From NCBI GenBank assembly GCA_030704615.1, contig CM060731.1, positions 23,250,001 to 23,314,000 of the forward strand: DNA of 64,000 nucleotides, read 5' to 3'. The notes under the pieces are model-generated. The model saw nothing but the letters and a program-made list of their open reading frames with translations. It searched no databases and was not told the DNA's origin. Each line of letters starts with the position of its first letter. Within the stretch, counting starts at the first letter, position 1. Shown here piece by piece: positions 62,801 to 64,000 of this stretch. Both the position numbers and the translations under genes were made by a program. Origin of the DNA: Takakia lepidozioides (lineage: Eukaryota; Plantae; Bryophyta).

Positions 62801-63942
62801 TCAATTGATAACCGTATGTTTGTATTCTGCAACCAACCAGAGGCTACCTGAACAGCTCCTGGGCACACCCGGCAACGATGAAGCGTCACAAGCTCTGCAA
62901 TCAACTGCACCGCTTCCACAGTGGCTTCCCCACCATGCTTGCTATCATTCTTAAACAATGCCTTGATAGCCTCACAGCTCATTGCACTGGAGCCATCACA
63001 ACGGATTCAAGTCAATAGGTCGGGACATGATGATGGATGAAGAGAGACACCACAAACTATCATGGGCTTAAGTAGACTGTTGTAAGGGGGGTAATCACCT
63101 AATTTCATCCTCAAAAGAAATCATGCGTGGAACAATGGCCTTCAGCAAACTATCTCGGTAGTTGAAGTGTGGGACTGCATCCAGAAGCCCACACATACAC
63201 CTTAGTGCTGTTCGCCGGCGTACTCGAGATTTAGCTGACCGTACCAGCATTTGCACATACGTCTGTCCGCCAAGTGGCACATATCCAAATCAATAAACTG
63301 CCTCAGAAAGGAGGGAATATGTGCAATTATATGCAAACTCCACCAATACGCGCCAGAACCCTGCCAATCTGAAAACACTGAAAAGTTATCATGGACACTT
63401 GGAGGTAGATCTCTCCCTCCCTCTCTCTATGGAGACACTTCAGTCTACATCAAATAACATCTTAGGAGTACATTCTAATTTGGCACTTCATCTTCTTCTA
63501 GGTGGATTCTTGTTGTCTTAGACGTCATAAGCTTCTTTCTTTTTCCTCGCACACAGGCGTATGTCAGGCAGGATCTGTCAAACATCATTCCTGGACATGG
63601 GGTCTGAATCAGCTCAGCAACAGACCCTAGTTCTACAAAGACGATTGACACCAGGGTGACCTGGCTCTGTTTCACTATTACTCGTCCACCATATACTCCA
63701 TATCACAGGTCACATCTGCTTGAGCTTCAGGGCAGTTTGCACAACCTTCAAATTAAGTTAGGCAGGAGTCTTAGTACTCAGTATGAGGATATGACCAGCT
63801 AGCGCCATGCATCCTTATCTAGGCACAGAGGTAACTAACCTGGTAATAACGCAAAAGGGCCCACTCAAAGTCTCGTAACTTTTGGACTTCTTTCGAAACC
63901 TGCATCTCCATTTCCTTCTCTGTGGGTAACCTTATGCGATAC
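59900..63942 (-). CDS. NOC3: Nucleolar complex protein 3 homolog (3' portion; 5' exons lie beyond the window)
   Basis: In-frame GT-AG exons 63942-63840, 63262-63099, 62986-62848, 62699-62547, 62245-62109, 61965-61630, 61372-61224, 60992-60895, 60427-59900. Motifs YRIRLPTEKE..VSKEV, PHFNYR, YFRILK, LDGLAKFSHLISVDF, RAAAFIKRL, LWEVTLLRQHAHP. Confidence 0.92.
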
Positions 63943-64000
63943 CTGATCAAAACGATCCAGAGCACATGGTTATACATACACCCCATGCTACAAGGTTCAC

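Overview
Eukaryotic nuclear DNA from a land plant, probably a non-seed plant (inferred from the gene and TE content; species not identifiable). Host genes: a G-type lectin S-domain receptor kinase with one frameshift (5569-8252 +), a 5-exon PLAC8-family gene (8831-11850 -), a 5'-truncated GDSL lipase pseudogene, an intronless 6-phospho-3-hexuloisomerase/SIS gene with a ~130-aa insert, a 9-exon Shewanella-like phosphatase (SLP1-like) and the 3' part of NOC3. The rest is TE-rich: a chromodomain Ty3/gypsy element split by a 6243-bp non-autonomous CACTA element carrying PPR and OSB-type 'PDF' motif relics, hAT- and Mutator-type MITEs with TSDs, LINE copies stacked in a (GA)n tract, a CRE/R2-like retroposon and a ~61-bp satellite. 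The most unusual part is ~31.4-41.3 kb. There a GCM-/SWIM-domain (Mutator-like) transposase relic is divergently paired with an ~11-exon gene encoding an N-terminal ParB/Srx-like domain (WDGNHR) and a C-terminal beta-class amino (N6A/N4C)-DNA-methyltransferase fold. Intron 1 of that gene holds an 11-copy phased array of the palindrome TGAGTGCG-N4-CGCACTCA, and three more copies lie in later introns. This looks like a TE-borne 'ParB + parS-like array + methyltransferase' system. This copy is decayed (stops, frameshifts). All domain calls are manual motif recognition; no searches were run.
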